A stretch of 64,000 bases of DNA from a virus (taxonomy: Duplodnaviria > Caudoviricetes). The position numbers and the translations under genes are program-made. Numbering within the stretch: the first letter of the stretch is position 1; every line of letters begins with the position of its first letter. A model generated the notes under the pieces. It worked only from the letters and a program-made list of their open reading frames with translations. It was not told the DNA's origin and did not search any database. The stretch is from the IMG/VR virus record IMGVR_UViG_3300031992_004562, positions 32,001 to 96,000 of that record, one strand, 5' to 3'. Positions 22,809 to 33,651 of this stretch are shown piece by piece.

Positions 22809-23768
22809 ATGAAAATATTACAACCAAGTTTTTAGATATTAGAACAAGAACCAGGATTAAAAGGTATTTATAAAGCAATTGAATATCCTGGACGTATTTG
22901 CTATAATTCAACAGATAAAATAACAGAAGATTCTGCCGAAGAATTTGTTCATAATAGGTTAGAAGCATCTAATCATGGTGCACCTATGGAACATGGCGCA
23001 GTTTATTTGTATATTACTAGAAATGTTGATTATGATGAATGGCTTTCCCCTAGTCCAGAATATGGCAAGTATGATGAACTTTTAGAATTTTATAGTGATA
23101 ACAAATATTCAAAAGTTGAAGAACGAGTATGTGTAGATTTAAAAGATCATTTATATATTTCGACTAATTATAGAGTTTTATTTGAGAATAATAGATTAGA
23201 TGACTTAAAATATTTATGTGAACCAACAGAATATCACCATAAAAGAGTAACTGTTAAATTCACTTGCAATATTGGAGTATCTCGTGAATTTAATAGACAT
23301 CGTGCGGATTCTATTAATGAGGAGTCAACAAGATATTGTAATTATTCAAAAGATAAGTATGGTAATGAGATTTCTATAATTCAAAATAACAATAAACTGA
23401 GCAGATTTGATTTTAGTGCAGGAGTTAGAGAGTTTATTGATTATTGCAAGATAATTGTAGATAATGATAAAGAATATAATAACCCAAGAAATGGTTTTGG
23501 AGAAATAGATTATTGGCTATTTTCTAATGAAGCAGCTGAATGGTCATATATTGGTTTGACACAATACTGTGGCTGGAATGCACAAGATGCAAGAGATGTA
23601 TTACCATTGGATACCAAATCTATATTGGTTCATAGTGCATTTATAGATGATTGGAAGCATTTCTTCGATTTGAGAGCCATTGGAACTACTGGTGCACCTC
23701 ATCCTCAAGCAAAAGAATTAGCATCGCCATTAATGGAAGAATTTAAGAAAAGAAATTTAATTGATTAA
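22809..23768 (+). CDS. thyX: flavin-dependent thymidylate synthase ThyX; true start at 22809 with TAG at codon 9
   Basis: MKILQPSF(TAG)ILEQEPGLKGIYKAIEYPGRICYNS..H.APMEHG; REFNRHR.DSINEESTRY; ARDVLP; HFFDLR..PHPQ. Confidence 0.9.
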
Positions 23769-23771
23769 ATT

Positions 23772-24056
23772 ATGGATGTAAATACGTATAAATTAACTCA
23801 TAAAAAGCCAGAGAAAAGTTTTGAATATATTGGCATAGATGGAGAATATATTAAATATTTTTGTTGGAATCAAAATGGTTTTAATAATGCATTATATGAT
23901 CATTTTGCAGGGGAAGAGATAAAAGATAGTGAGAAAAAAGATATAAGAGAAAAAGCATGTTATAATTATCCTTTACATTATCCATGCATTATGAAAATAC
24001 ATACTTATAATTCATTTGAAGCTGGAAGATTAATAGCAGAATTTGAATATGAATAA
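23772..24056 (+). CDS. hypothetical protein
   Basis: ORF in operon. Confidence 0.55.
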   Translation: MDVNTYKLTHKKPEKSFEYIGIDGEYIKYFCWNQNGFNNALYDHFAGEEIKDSEKKDIREKACYNYPLHYPCIMKIHTYNSFEAGRLIAEFEYE

Positions 24057-24078
24057 TGAATAAAAATAATTTAAAGTT

Positions 24079-24648
24079 ATGAAACAATTAGATTGGAAAC
24101 ATATTGAAAAATTATCAGAAGACGATCATTTAAAAAATATTGAATTAGCAGAATCTGAATATAAAAAGATTTTTAAGAAATATAGAGAATATGATGATAA
24201 GCTTCACAATATAGAATCATATATGTATAATATACATTATCAATATATGTTAAAATATGTGAGATATAAAGACAAATATATTAAAATTGATTTACCTCGA
24301 AAAACAATATATATGTATGTTATGCATGAAACATTTGAAACATACAAAGATAAAGATGGGAAACAATGTTATGAATATGAATTAAGAGGTGAAGGCTATA
24401 TTCATGAAAAAGAAGCACTTCAAAAATTTATATATCCTGAAAAAGATTGTTACACAGATGATGAGGTAAAAAGAATATTGTATGATGGATATAATATATC
24501 AAATCATTTACAAATATATGTGTCAAATGATAAAGGAAAAATTGGTCCACGCAAGCCAGAAGATATTGAAATAATTTCTAAAGAAGAATATGAAAATAAT
24601 GTAAAAACATATTTAAAAAAGCTATTAAAAAATTATGAGTCAAATTAA
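24079..24648 (+). CDS. hypothetical protein
   Basis: ORF in operon. Confidence 0.65.
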   Translation: MKQLDWKHIEKLSEDDHLKNIELAESEYKKIFKKYREYDDKLHNIESYMYNIHYQYMLKYVRYKDKYIKIDLPRKTIYMYVMHETFETYKDKDGKQCYEYELRGEGYIHEKEALQKFIYPEKDCYTDDEVKRILYDGYNISNHLQIYVSNDKGKIGPRKPEDIEIISKEEYENNVKTYLKKLLKNYESN

Positions 24649-24937
24649 AATTGGTGAAAATGGGCCAAGATTTAGAATTGATAATGAATATGAAACTTGG
24701 AGAACAGATAAAGAATATTGGGTTGATAAGTTTAATGAAATTAAAGATTCATATGATTTAGCATTTCCAGATCAACAAACACTTGCTGATTTAAGATATA
24801 AATTGCATAGATGGCAAATGTATGTTAATATGGCATTTAATATTCATAATTGTGATGCAATTAATGTTTCATTTGATTATGATACATGCACATTATATAT
24901 TCATATGAATGAAGAACTTCAAAAAATATTTGATTAA
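24635..24937 (+). CDS. hypothetical protein
   Basis: overlaps the upstream stop. Confidence 0.6.
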   Translation: MSQIKIGENGPRFRIDNEYETWRTDKEYWVDKFNEIKDSYDLAFPDQQTLADLRYKLHRWQMYVNMAFNIHNCDAINVSFDYDTCTLYIHMNEELQKIFD

Positions 24938-24942
24938 ATATT

Positions 24943-25134
24943 ATGAGCGTAAAAATTTTAAATAAAAAACCAGGATATAATGCTAAAACATGCAGCCAAT
25001 GTGGTACAGTATTTAGTTATAATGATAATGATATTCAAACTGAATACTATGACGTAGCTGCCTGGTGGGGAGACGACCCTTATAGTTATTACATTAAATG
25101 TCCAAAATGTGGACATAAAATTCAATTAGGATAA
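24943..25134 (+). CDS. zinc-ribbon protein
   Basis: CSQC..CPKC. Confidence 0.7.
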   Translation: MSVKILNKKPGYNAKTCSQCGTVFSYNDNDIQTEYYDVAAWWGDDPYSYYIKCPKCGHKIQLG

Positions 25135-25135
25135 T

Positions 25136-25594
25136 ATGAAAATTTTAGATCAATATGAATATTACAAGTTTCTTAAAATAAAAAGAAAATATTATAAGAG
25201 ACATTGCATAAAAAGAATAGATCATTTTAATGGTAAACGATTTGTTTCTTATTGGGAAAAAGAAGATTGGATTGGTTATGTAATTCCATCTTATTTATCA
25301 TATACATTAGATAAATCTATTGCTAAAGAAGTAAAATGTGTAATTGGTTCAGAATTTTATGATAGTACTTTAGATACAGTAAAAGATTTATATGACAATA
25401 TTTGGAAACAATATAAATTTTATTATGATAATCCTGTAACAAATGAAAGAAATGAATATATAGGATATTTTATTGGAGTTATATTAACTAATAGAGATGC
25501 ATATTTCTTAGCTAGTGATAAACAATATTCTAAAAATAAAAATGATTATCAATTAGTTCCAATGTGGTGGAACGTAAAAGAACTAAATGAATAA
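25136..25594 (+). CDS. hypothetical protein
   Basis: ORF in operon. Confidence 0.6.
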   Translation: MKILDQYEYYKFLKIKRKYYKRHCIKRIDHFNGKRFVSYWEKEDWIGYVIPSYLSYTLDKSIAKEVKCVIGSEFYDSTLDTVKDLYDNIWKQYKFYYDNPVTNERNEYIGYFIGVILTNRDAYFLASDKQYSKNKNDYQLVPMWWNVKELNE

Positions 25595-25641
25595 TATACG
25601 CTGATAACAAATAAAATAAATATAAAAATAAATTTTATATC

Positions 25642-26202
25642 ATGGAAGAAAAACAAATATATCAATTATCAAGAAAAGCAATAGAACCTATTATTGGAGT
25701 TATTGCCGAAAAATTATTTGGTGTTGAATTAGAACAAACTTCTGATGCAGAAGATAAAGCGTATAAAATAGATTTAAAAACAAATGATTTAAGTTTTAAT
25801 ATACAAGTTAAAACTAAAAAAACTATCAATAATCATTATTACTATAAATCTGAAAAAGAAATCGAAAATAATACATATATTGCATTTTTAAAGGCTCCTA
25901 TTAATGATGATATCATTGATTCATTAGGCTTGTTATATAATAAAAATGCAATTAAAAAGTACTTATTAGATAATCCAACAATATATTTTGTTGATACTGA
26001 ATACCTTAAAATGCTTGTAAATGAAGAAGAAGTTGAATATAAAAAACAATATAATGAATTTTGGATAAAAGATTTTAATAATATTGAACATTATTATGAT
26101 ACTGAATATTATAAAACAACAAATGAACCATATGTAACAGAATATAAAATAACAAATGAAGATTTGAATATTTTAGATTTAACATATACACATATGAGAT
26201 AA
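25642..26202 (+). CDS. putative PD-(D/E)XK nuclease-fold protein
   Basis: EDKAYKIDL..FNIQVKT. Confidence 0.6.
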   Translation: MEEKQIYQLSRKAIEPIIGVIAEKLFGVELEQTSDAEDKAYKIDLKTNDLSFNIQVKTKKTINNHYYYKSEKEIENNTYIAFLKAPINDDIIDSLGLLYNKNAIKKYLLDNPTIYFVDTEYLKMLVNEEEVEYKKQYNEFWIKDFNNIEHYYDTEYYKTTNEPYVTEYKITNEDLNILDLTYTHMR

Positions 26203-26284
26203 TGAGGAAAACATTTTCCTCATTATTTTTTTAAACTTTGTTGTTAGTATTTAATAAAATTAATTAAACTAATGAATTATTAAT

Positions 26285-26812
26285 ATGGATAAAGATGACG
26301 AAATTTTTTATAATCCTGACAAAGCAGGAGAAATATTTACTAAGCCTCATATAGTAAATTATGAAACTGTTCATCTTAAAGGCGATTTATTTCATTATGA
26401 TAAACCATTCTGTGGAAGAGTATATGATAAAAATGCAATGAAGCGTGCAATTAATAAATTTAGAAAACAATTAAAGATGGGTGAATTAAATCATAAACCA
26501 ATGTTTGGTAGTTTTAATAAAGATGCTAAAACCATTGAGGATTTTATAGGTACTGCTTTTGATGTTGGTCTTGAACATATTTCCCATAGAATTAATGATG
26601 TATATAATAAAGGTGATAAAGCATATGTAGATTTAGATATTTTAAATACACCTGCAGGTGATGATATTAAAAAATTATTAGATGCTGGTATGAAATTACA
26701 TGCATCACCTGAACTTATTGTAAATGGAGATAAAGTTATACAATTGGTTTCTATTGGTCTTTATCCAGATACAATAAATAATCAAAATTTACCACCATTA
26801 GAAAAAGTATGA
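26285..26812 (+). CDS. T4 gp21-like prohead protease homologue, catalytic region diverged
   Basis: GRVY, MGELNH, ISHRI, ILNTPAG..KKLLDAG; the GVSSRG motif is replaced by LHASPE. Confidence 0.65.
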   Translation: MDKDDEIFYNPDKAGEIFTKPHIVNYETVHLKGDLFHYDKPFCGRVYDKNAMKRAINKFRKQLKMGELNHKPMFGSFNKDAKTIEDFIGTAFDVGLEHISHRINDVYNKGDKAYVDLDILNTPAGDDIKKLLDAGMKLHASPELIVNGDKVIQLVSIGLYPDTINNQNLPPLEKV

Positions 26813-27123
26813 GTAAACAAAAAGAATATATACCAGCATATATGTACAAAGATCAAATCTGGAAAGTATATGATAATGGGAAAGAAGAAATGATATGGGA
26901 AAATTCACTACGAGAAGATAGTTGGGGAAGTGATAGTGCACCAGATTCCGAATATAATAAAATGATGGAGCTTGAAAGAGAAACAGATTTTTGGAAGGAA
27001 TGGGAAGATTTGGACTGGTGGTTTGAACATAGAACCATTAGAGTATCGATGAAAGGAAAAGATAAAGGTAAAGAACAAGTAATTAAATATGAATCTTTAT
27101 TAATAGAATTTGCAAATACATAA
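26809..27123 (+). CDS. hypothetical protein
   Basis: ATGA overlap with the upstream gene. Confidence 0.6.
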   Translation: MSKQKEYIPAYMYKDQIWKVYDNGKEEMIWENSLREDSWGSDSAPDSEYNKMMELERETDFWKEWEDLDWWFEHRTIRVSMKGKDKGKEQVIKYESLLIEFANT

Positions 27124-27137
27124 AATAAAAATGAGAG

Positions 27138-27695
27138 TTAATTAAACTCCCATTTTTTTAATTCTGGATTTTCAAAATATCCAATTTCATGTGTATAATA
27201 AAATTTAACTAAATCACAATGCATTATTCCTTTACATAATGTAGCAGAATATTCATCAATATCACCATTTGGCATTTTAATTTTATCTGACATATAAATT
27301 AGTAAAGGATACTTATTTAAATAATCAATAATAGTTTTTAAATCTTCTGATGATAAATCATTAATATGAATTTTCCCACCAATTTCTGTACCATTTTTAT
27401 CACGTTTCATATAAACAATTGATTTTTCCTCGGTGCAAAATGCAATAACGTTATTGTCATTCATAAAATTTTTAATCCAATCTGGTTCATTAATCCATAA
27501 ACGTTTAATACAACGCTTATTTAGCAAATAATCCATAAAATTGGATAATAAAATTCTAGAATTATTAACAGCCCATATATCATTTAAATTAGATATATCA
27601 TATTCAAATGACTTTTGAGATGGTGTAATTAATTTAACCACACCATTTATTGTATCTGTAATATTATTTGCAAACTGTTTAAATACATTTACCAT
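27138..27695 (-). CDS. hypothetical protein
   Basis: ORF with an AAAC-N18-TATAAT motif upstream. Confidence 0.65.
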   Translation of the reverse strand: MVNVFKQFANNITDTINGVVKLITPSQKSFEYDISNLNDIWAVNNSRILLSNFMDYLLNKRCIKRLWINEPDWIKNFMNDNNVIAFCTEEKSIVYMKRDKNGTEIGGKIHINDLSSEDLKTIIDYLNKYPLLIYMSDKIKMPNGDIDEYSATLCKGIMHCDLVKFYYTHEIGYFENPELKKWEFN

Positions 27696-27783
27696 ATTAA
27701 TTATAAATTAAATAAAGATAAAAGTTTCATAAAAACTTATGTTGCATTTTAACTATAATTTATAAAATAGGTTTAGTAAAGAT

Positions 27784-29205
27784 ATGCCAATTAGAAGAAA
27801 GTTAAATAATTTAGATGCAAGTTATAAAGTAAGTACTGGAAACAAAATTACCAGAACAATTACTGATTTTTTAAATACTGAATATAGAGAATATTCAAAT
27901 TATGTTATATCTACACGTGCTCTTCCATCATTATGGGATGGAATGAAAGTTGGCGGTAGAAAAATTCTTTATTCAGCATTTGTTGGTGGTTTAAAAGATG
28001 GTTCAGAAAAGAAGCTTTTGAACTTAATTGGTGATGTTTATAATAAAACATTATATGCTCATGGCGATGCATCACTTATAGGTGCATCTTTGACACTTGG
28101 TTCATATTATTCAGATAATTTAAATCCAATTGAGATTGTTGGCCAAGGCGGCAGTTTAAGAAATTCACAAGCAGCCGCAGCTCGTTATCTTTATTGCAAA
28201 TTATCTAAATATGCAAAGCTTCTTTATAAGGTTGATGAGGATCTTCTCCAATATGTTTTTGATGAAGGTGAGTATCTTGAGCCTGAACATTTCCTTCCAA
28301 TAATTCCACTTGTTTTAACTGCAAGAACAGAGGGATTGGCACCAGGATATAAATTTTCTTCATTTTCATATAATCCAATAGATATAATAGATGGGTGCAC
28401 AGAAGTGATTAAGAATGGCCATCTAGAGAAAACTATTATTAGACCATATGTTAGAGGAATCAAACAAGATAAATTTGGTTTCGATAAAGATTCTAATAAA
28501 TGGTATAATGTTGGTGAATGGTCAATAGATGAAAAAAATGATATTTTAAGAATTACTGATCTTCCATATGATGTTCAATTTGATAAGTTTGAAAAGAAAT
28601 TGAATTCATATATTGAAAATGGATATATCAAAGAATGGAAGAACTTTTCACATGATAATGATTTAGATTATAGAATTTTATTTGATAAATCTAAATTAGC
28701 AAGAGAAGCTCAACCAGATAAAAAGGAACAATTGCTTAAGAAGTTTATGCTTCAAACAAATATTCCAAATGATTTATTATATGTTTTGGATGAAAATAAA
28801 AAAGTTAAGCATTTTCAAACTAAAGAAGATTTATTAGAGCATTTTGTTAAAATTCGTTTAGAGAAATATAATGATCGCAAAGATAGATTAGTATCAGTAA
28901 AAGAAAAACAACTGGAAGAAAATTCTAATTTATGCAAATTCATTGAACTTGTAACATCTGGAAAATTAGTTCTTAATAATAGAAAAATGGCAGATGTTAA
29001 AAAAGATTTAGATGCACATAAACTTCCATATAATGTATTAACAATTCAAGTTTCAAAATTAACTCAAGAAGAAAAGGAAGAAATTCTTAAAAAGAATAAA
29101 GAGATAGAACAAGAACTTGAATATATTAAGAATACTACAATTGAACAAATGTATCTTGATGATTTAAAGAATTTAAAAAAAGAACTTATTAAAGATTTTG
29201 AATAA
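27784..29205 (+). CDS. type II DNA topoisomerase breakage-reunion subunit (T4 gp52/GyrA-like)
   Basis: RALPSLWDGMK..RKILY, YAHGDASL, AAARY catalytic Tyr, EPEHFLPIIP, ITDLP. Confidence 0.95.
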   Translation: MPIRRKLNNLDASYKVSTGNKITRTITDFLNTEYREYSNYVISTRALPSLWDGMKVGGRKILYSAFVGGLKDGSEKKLLNLIGDVYNKTLYAHGDASLIGASLTLGSYYSDNLNPIEIVGQGGSLRNSQAAAARYLYCKLSKYAKLLYKVDEDLLQYVFDEGEYLEPEHFLPIIPLVLTARTEGLAPGYKFSSFSYNPIDIIDGCTEVIKNGHLEKTIIRPYVRGIKQDKFGFDKDSNKWYNVGEWSIDEKNDILRITDLPYDVQFDKFEKKLNSYIENGYIKEWKNFSHDNDLDYRILFDKSKLAREAQPDKKEQLLKKFMLQTNIPNDLLYVLDENKKVKHFQTKEDLLEHFVKIRLEKYNDRKDRLVSVKEKQLEENSNLCKFIELVTSGKLVLNNRKMADVKKDLDAHKLPYNVLTIQVSKLTQEEKEEILKKNKEIEQELEYIKNTTIEQMYLDDLKNLKKELIKDFE

Positions 29206-29226
29206 TTGTAACAAAAACAAATATAA

Positions 29227-29799
29227 ATGAATATGAGACCAATAGATGAAGTATTAAAACAAGAACCAACTTTTAGCTTAGATTAGGAACAAGTTGAAGC
29301 AATTTGTGATTCTATTCATGGGAAACTAATTGATAATCTTATGCCTAAATTAAAAGAAGAGGTTATAGAAGAAGTTAAAGATTATTTAATAAAAGACTTT
29401 GCAAATGGTGTTCAAAAATGGGTTTGTGAAGAATTTGCGCCAGAAGTACAAAATTGGGTAGTTAATGAATTTTCTCCAGAAATTGAAAAATGGGCAAAAG
29501 ATTATATGAATGATAAGCGTACTCAATTACATATTAAAGATTTTTGTGTAAATGATGATGATAGATGTGGACAATGTGTAACAACTGAAGAAATAGAGGA
29601 TCCTATTAGAAAAATGGGAACTGTAGAACCAGAATGGAATGATGAGAAACATTTAATTACTAAAGCTGGTAGTATTCAAGATGATGCACTTGCATTTATT
29701 TATGGTGCCATTAAGAAATATGGTCAAAAGCCAGAATTATTTAATGATTTAAAAGAATATATTATTAAAGAAGCAAATTATATTGGAAAAATAATATGA
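29227..29799 (+). CDS. hypothetical protein with tandem 12-aa W..EEF.PEVQ repeats; TAG at codon 20
   Basis: ATG 29227 in frame via one TAG; VQKWVCEEFAPE/VQNWVVNEFSPE/IEKWAKDY. Confidence 0.65.
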
Positions 29800-30155
29800 A
29801 CTGGAAATACGATAAACATAATTGGTATATATCATGGTATAATTTGGATAATTTACCAGAAGATAGTTATGAGAAAACATTTGCTCGTAAAGATATAACA
29901 GATAAAGGTGATAAAGATTGGAGAAAAATATTTAATTTTAGATATAAAGTTAAAGACTATATGCAAGATGGATATATGGAATCTGAATATGTCGGTTTGC
30001 AATATGTAAATGATTATGCAGAAACATCTTTAACTTGGATTGGAAGATATAAGATTTATAGATTATTTTTTAGAGATTCCTTTAGTTATCGTGATAAAGG
30101 CAAATGGTGTTTAAAATATAAATCATGGAGAAATGACCACGTATGTGGTGGATAA
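29796..30155 (+). CDS. hypothetical protein
   Basis: ATGA overlap. Confidence 0.6.
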   Translation: MNWKYDKHNWYISWYNLDNLPEDSYEKTFARKDITDKGDKDWRKIFNFRYKVKDYMQDGYMESEYVGLQYVNDYAETSLTWIGRYKIYRLFFRDSFSYRDKGKWCLKYKSWRNDHVCGG

Positions 30156-30172
30156 AATAATTATGTTTAATT

Positions 30173-31048
30173 ATGGAAAAATAGATATTTGAAGAATTAT
30201 CAATATCAGATGAAATAAAATTAGAAGCTGAAAATTTAGCAAAAGTTATATTAACTGATTCTAAATTAAATGCTTATATTATTAAAAGAAATGGATTTAA
30301 TAATATATTAAAACACGAATTTGTTATTAAATTATTTGGTGTTGATTATAACATAATTTATTACATATATAGTATTGATAATATTTCAGAATTAGATATT
30401 AAATTATATAAAAACCTCATATCAATAACAAAAAATAATGAAAATGAAATATTATTAAATCTTTTGTTTGTTTCAAATAATCCAGATAAAGAATATTTTT
30501 ATAGTTCAATTTATCATGAATTAACACATGTATATCAATATATTAAATCTAAAAATGATGTTTTAAAAAATATAAAAATAAAAAATTTATATAATCTTAT
30601 TAAAGATATTAAAAATAATAGTCAATCTGAATTAGATATATTATTTACAAATGCTATATATGCATGTTTTGATTTTGAACAAGATGCTTTACTTCATGAA
30701 ACATATTGTGAATATATGAAATCATATCAAATATATCACCTTAATTTTGATATAGAAGATTCTAATGCATATAAATTTATAGAAGATTTAAGAAATGCGA
30801 TTAATAATATAGATAAATTAGATGAAAAACTATTTAAAAATTCACAAGATTTTTATTTAAATTTGTTCACCAAAAAACTTAAAAGATTTGAAACTAAATT
30901 TGGAAAACTTATAATAAAAATCAAAAAAGATTTTTATGAAAATCATTTAAATGAGGGTTTGCTGCCTGGAAATTTTAGAGCAATTTCATTAATAATAAAA
31001 GATGATAGTAATGAAATTAATAATTATATAGATGATGAAATATTTTAA
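30173..31048 (+). CDS. HExxH zinc-metallopeptidase-like protein; TAG at codon 4
   Basis: MEK(TAG)IFEELSIS..; IYHELTHVYQY; FEQDA. Confidence 0.7.
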
Positions 31049-31060
31049 AAAAGGTTCTAA

Positions 31061-31999
31061 TTACTTAGAACCTTTTTCAATTTCTTCACGATTTGCATTG
31101 TACCATTCATTGAACTTGTAATATTCATCAATTCCAACTTGGTGAATTGCTGCATCAAGTTCTGCATAATCACAATGCTTAATCTTTACAATAATTCGTT
31201 TTCCACGAGGATCCTTAATAGGAACAATAGGACGTGCTACAATACCTTCCTCAAGATAATCGGGATTTGATGGGCAAGGAACACGGGTCTTAAAGCCCTT
31301 ACGAACCATTGCTTCTGCTTGGTCGATTGTCATTTGGCCAATATAAGGTGCCCAAGGCAATTCAAGCTTTACGCAGTAATCCATCATCATATCCTTTGGT
31401 ACATACCAGCCTTGTACACAGATATCAAATACAGCGAAACGGTTATTATCCTTGTCATAGTTGCCACCAGCCTGGATTTTCTTACCATAGAATTCACCGT
31501 AAATATATACTGGTGCCTCCTCATATTCAACTACGTACACGCCTTCATGCGTTGATTTATCAATTGGCTCATTTGGACGATAACCTTCAGCTACATCAAA
31601 TTCATACATAACCGGAAGATTCTTATCATTCATTTTTGGTACAAACTTAGCAGACGATGCAGGGAACAATTGTGCCAAAGTAGGCTTAATTCGTTCAATA
31701 ATTGCATCAATGAAAGCCTTTTGTCCAGTACCAATAATATTAGCATTATCAGTTTTACCAGAACAGAAACATTCACCAGTAGAAGGATAGTACACAATCT
31801 TAGTGTTAGTGCCATCAATCTTAGAGAAGCAATCATACATCAAATCCTTGATATATGCCATATGTTCATCAGAGTAATCACCCATGATGATTTTGTTTTG
31901 GAACACCTTCCATACTGGATTAGGAAGAGTTACTTTACCAAGGTTTTGATAACGCTTGTACAGCGTGTTAATTTTTGTGTAAGTTTGAGTTTTTGTCAT
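31061..31999 (-). CDS. ATP-dependent RNA ligase (Rnl2-like)
   Basis: KIDGTN, YGEFYG, FAVFDI, EEGIV, IVKIK nucleotidyltransferase motifs. Confidence 0.88.
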   Translation of the reverse strand: MTKTQTYTKINTLYKRYQNLGKVTLPNPVWKVFQNKIIMGDYSDEHMAYIKDLMYDCFSKIDGTNTKIVYYPSTGECFCSGKTDNANIIGTGQKAFIDAIIERIKPTLAQLFPASSAKFVPKMNDKNLPVMYEFDVAEGYRPNEPIDKSTHEGVYVVEYEEAPVYIYGEFYGKKIQAGGNYDKDNNRFAVFDICVQGWYVPKDMMMDYCVKLELPWAPYIGQMTIDQAEAMVRKGFKTRVPCPSNPDYLEEGIVARPIVPIKDPRGKRIIVKIKHCDYAELDAAIHQVGIDEYYKFNEWYNANREEIEKGSK

Positions 32000-32133
32000 A
32001 ACTTCATTTAAATTTTTTGGTTAATACTGTTAATTGTTCTCCACCAATTTGGAATTAACCAAATACTTTTGCGATCAAATAACCTGCCGCGAGACATACA
32101 ATACATTTAAACATATTTTTATAAATTTTAAAG

Positions 32134-32412
32134 TTAATTTTCTTTTTTCCAATAGCCTTTATGAATTTCCCAAATAACTTTTTCTGCCAGTGCTTCAAAG
32201 TTTTTTGCATAAATTCCATATTCATGAACTTCATTTTCATTTGGTTTAAATGTAGCACCAAATTTCATATTATATTTTGGTGCAACCCATTTAACACCAA
32301 ATTTTTCAGAAATAAAGGATTTGATATTTTCTTCATTCCACTCACCTTCATAACCATGTTCTTTTAAAAGGTGAAATGCAAATCCTTTCATCATTTCTAA
32401 ATTTCGTTTCAT
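32134..32412 (-). CDS. hypothetical protein
   Basis: ORF in the RNA ligase operon. Confidence 0.6.
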   Translation of the reverse strand: MKRNLEMMKGFAFHLLKEHGYEGEWNEENIKSFISEKFGVKWVAPKYNMKFGATFKPNENEVHEYGIYAKNFEALAEKVIWEIHKGYWKKEN

Positions 32413-32420
32413 ATTATAAA

Positions 32421-32666
32421 TTAAATTGCTATAAAAGTTTCAGTTACTTCAAAAACTTTAAGTGTATCAGGTTTTAATACTACTGGATCAAACATTCCAT
32501 TTGGGCGGACAATCCAACCATTTTTCTTCCAAAAATCAACCTCTTTCTCGGAAAGATTAATCATTTCACCTTTTCGAAGTGTATAATGGTCTTTGTTAAA
32601 ACCTTTAATGCAAACACCTTTAAATGATTTAGTTTCAATTTTGTTTTTAGTAAAATCTACTTTCAT
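32421..32666 (-). CDS. hypothetical protein
   Basis: first gene after the early-type promoter motif. Confidence 0.6.
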   Translation of the reverse strand: MKVDFTKNKIETKSFKGVCIKGFNKDHYTLRKGEMINLSEKEVDFWKKNGWIVRPNGMFDPVVLKPDTLKVFEVTETFIAI

Positions 32667-32688
32667 ATTATGTCCTTTTTAAATTAAC

Positions 32689-32730
32689 GATACAAAATTA
32701 ATATTTTTATTTTAAACCAAAAAATAGAAG
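32689..32730 (-). promoter_or_regulatory. 42-bp early-type promoter repeat CTTCTATTTTT..AAATAAAAATATTAATTTTGTAwC, containing the Bacteroidetes -7 element TAnnTTTG
   Basis: Copies at 39463-39504 (-), 43458-43499 (+), 48363-48404 (+); degenerate copy at 19636. Confidence 0.75.
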
Positions 32731-32772
32731 CTAATAAATAAACAAAATATAAAACAATTTTATAATTTTTAT

Positions 32773-33651
32773 ATGGCAAATTATTATCAAAAAGAAGATA
32801 AAACAGAGTTTTTTAGAACACCTGATTGGATAGTTGAAAAGTGTTATGAAATGATTCCTAATGCAAAAACAATTTTAGATCCATGCGCAGGTGATTGTGG
32901 TCTTGAAGATTTTACTAGAGATGTTGATTACACTTTATTAGATTTAAATCCAAGAAGTTCAGTTATTGAAAAAGCTGATTTTTTAAATTGGACATCTAAT
33001 AGAAAATTTGATGCAGCAATTTGCAATCCACCTTTTGGTTTAAAAAATGAATTTATTGAACATCTTTTTGAATTTACAAATAATATAATTCTTATTGCAC
33101 CATTAAAATCTGTTATTAATGAATGGTTCACTAATATAAAAGATATTTACTTAGATTGGCGAATTCCATTTTTTGGATTTGGAATATTAACAAGTGTTGC
33201 TATATTTCATTTAACAAAAGAATCTAATGGAATGACAAGAGATGAAATAAAACAAAAATATCTTTTACCACCAACCACAGGATTAGATGTTATTACAGTA
33301 TGGGAACCTCGCCATTTAAAACTTGACAAATGGGGTTTATATGTTCCAATTACAAAGGCAAACATTGTACGTAATAATGAATTATTAAGAGAAGAATATA
33401 TTTTTGAACCAGGAGATGATTCTATTTTTATTGCAAAGAAAGCATCAATCAATAATCAAGCAGGTGATAGAGTTTATAGACATGTAATATATACAGACAC
33501 TCGAGAAGATGCATTAGCAATTATTCAAAAATATAAAGAAAATGACGAATATATAAGAAATTATGCATATCAATATGGAAATAATATTTTAGATTTAAGA
33601 TATGTTCCAGCATTGATAGATGATATATATAAAATTCATAGTTTATTTTAA
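32773..33651 (+). CDS. DNA amino-methyltransferase (probably N6-adenine), orphan
   Basis: EFFRTP, ILDPCAGDCGL, ICNPPF. Confidence 0.85.
   Translation: MANYYQKEDKTEFFRTPDWIVEKCYEMIPNAKTILDPCAGDCGLEDFTRDVDYTLLDLNPRSSVIEKADFLNWTSNRKFDAAICNPPFGLKNEFIEHLFEFTNNIILIAPLKSVINEWFTNIKDIYLDWRIPFFGFGILTSVAIFHLTKESNGMTRDEIKQKYLLPPTTGLDVITVWEPRHLKLDKWGLYVPITKANIVRNNELLREEYIFEPGDDSIFIAKKASINNQAGDRVYRHVIYTDTREDALAIIQKYKENDEYIRNYAYQYGNNILDLRYVPALIDDIYKIHSLF

Noticed and set aside
31309-32011. Plus-strand ORFs over the RNA ligase (likewise 58762..59184, 8027..8365, 50700..51014)
   Set aside because: Antisense shadows of well-supported genes, with no motifs of their own.
32773-33651. Complete restriction-modification system
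   Set aside because: No adjacent endonuclease is recognisable, so it is treated as an orphan methylase.
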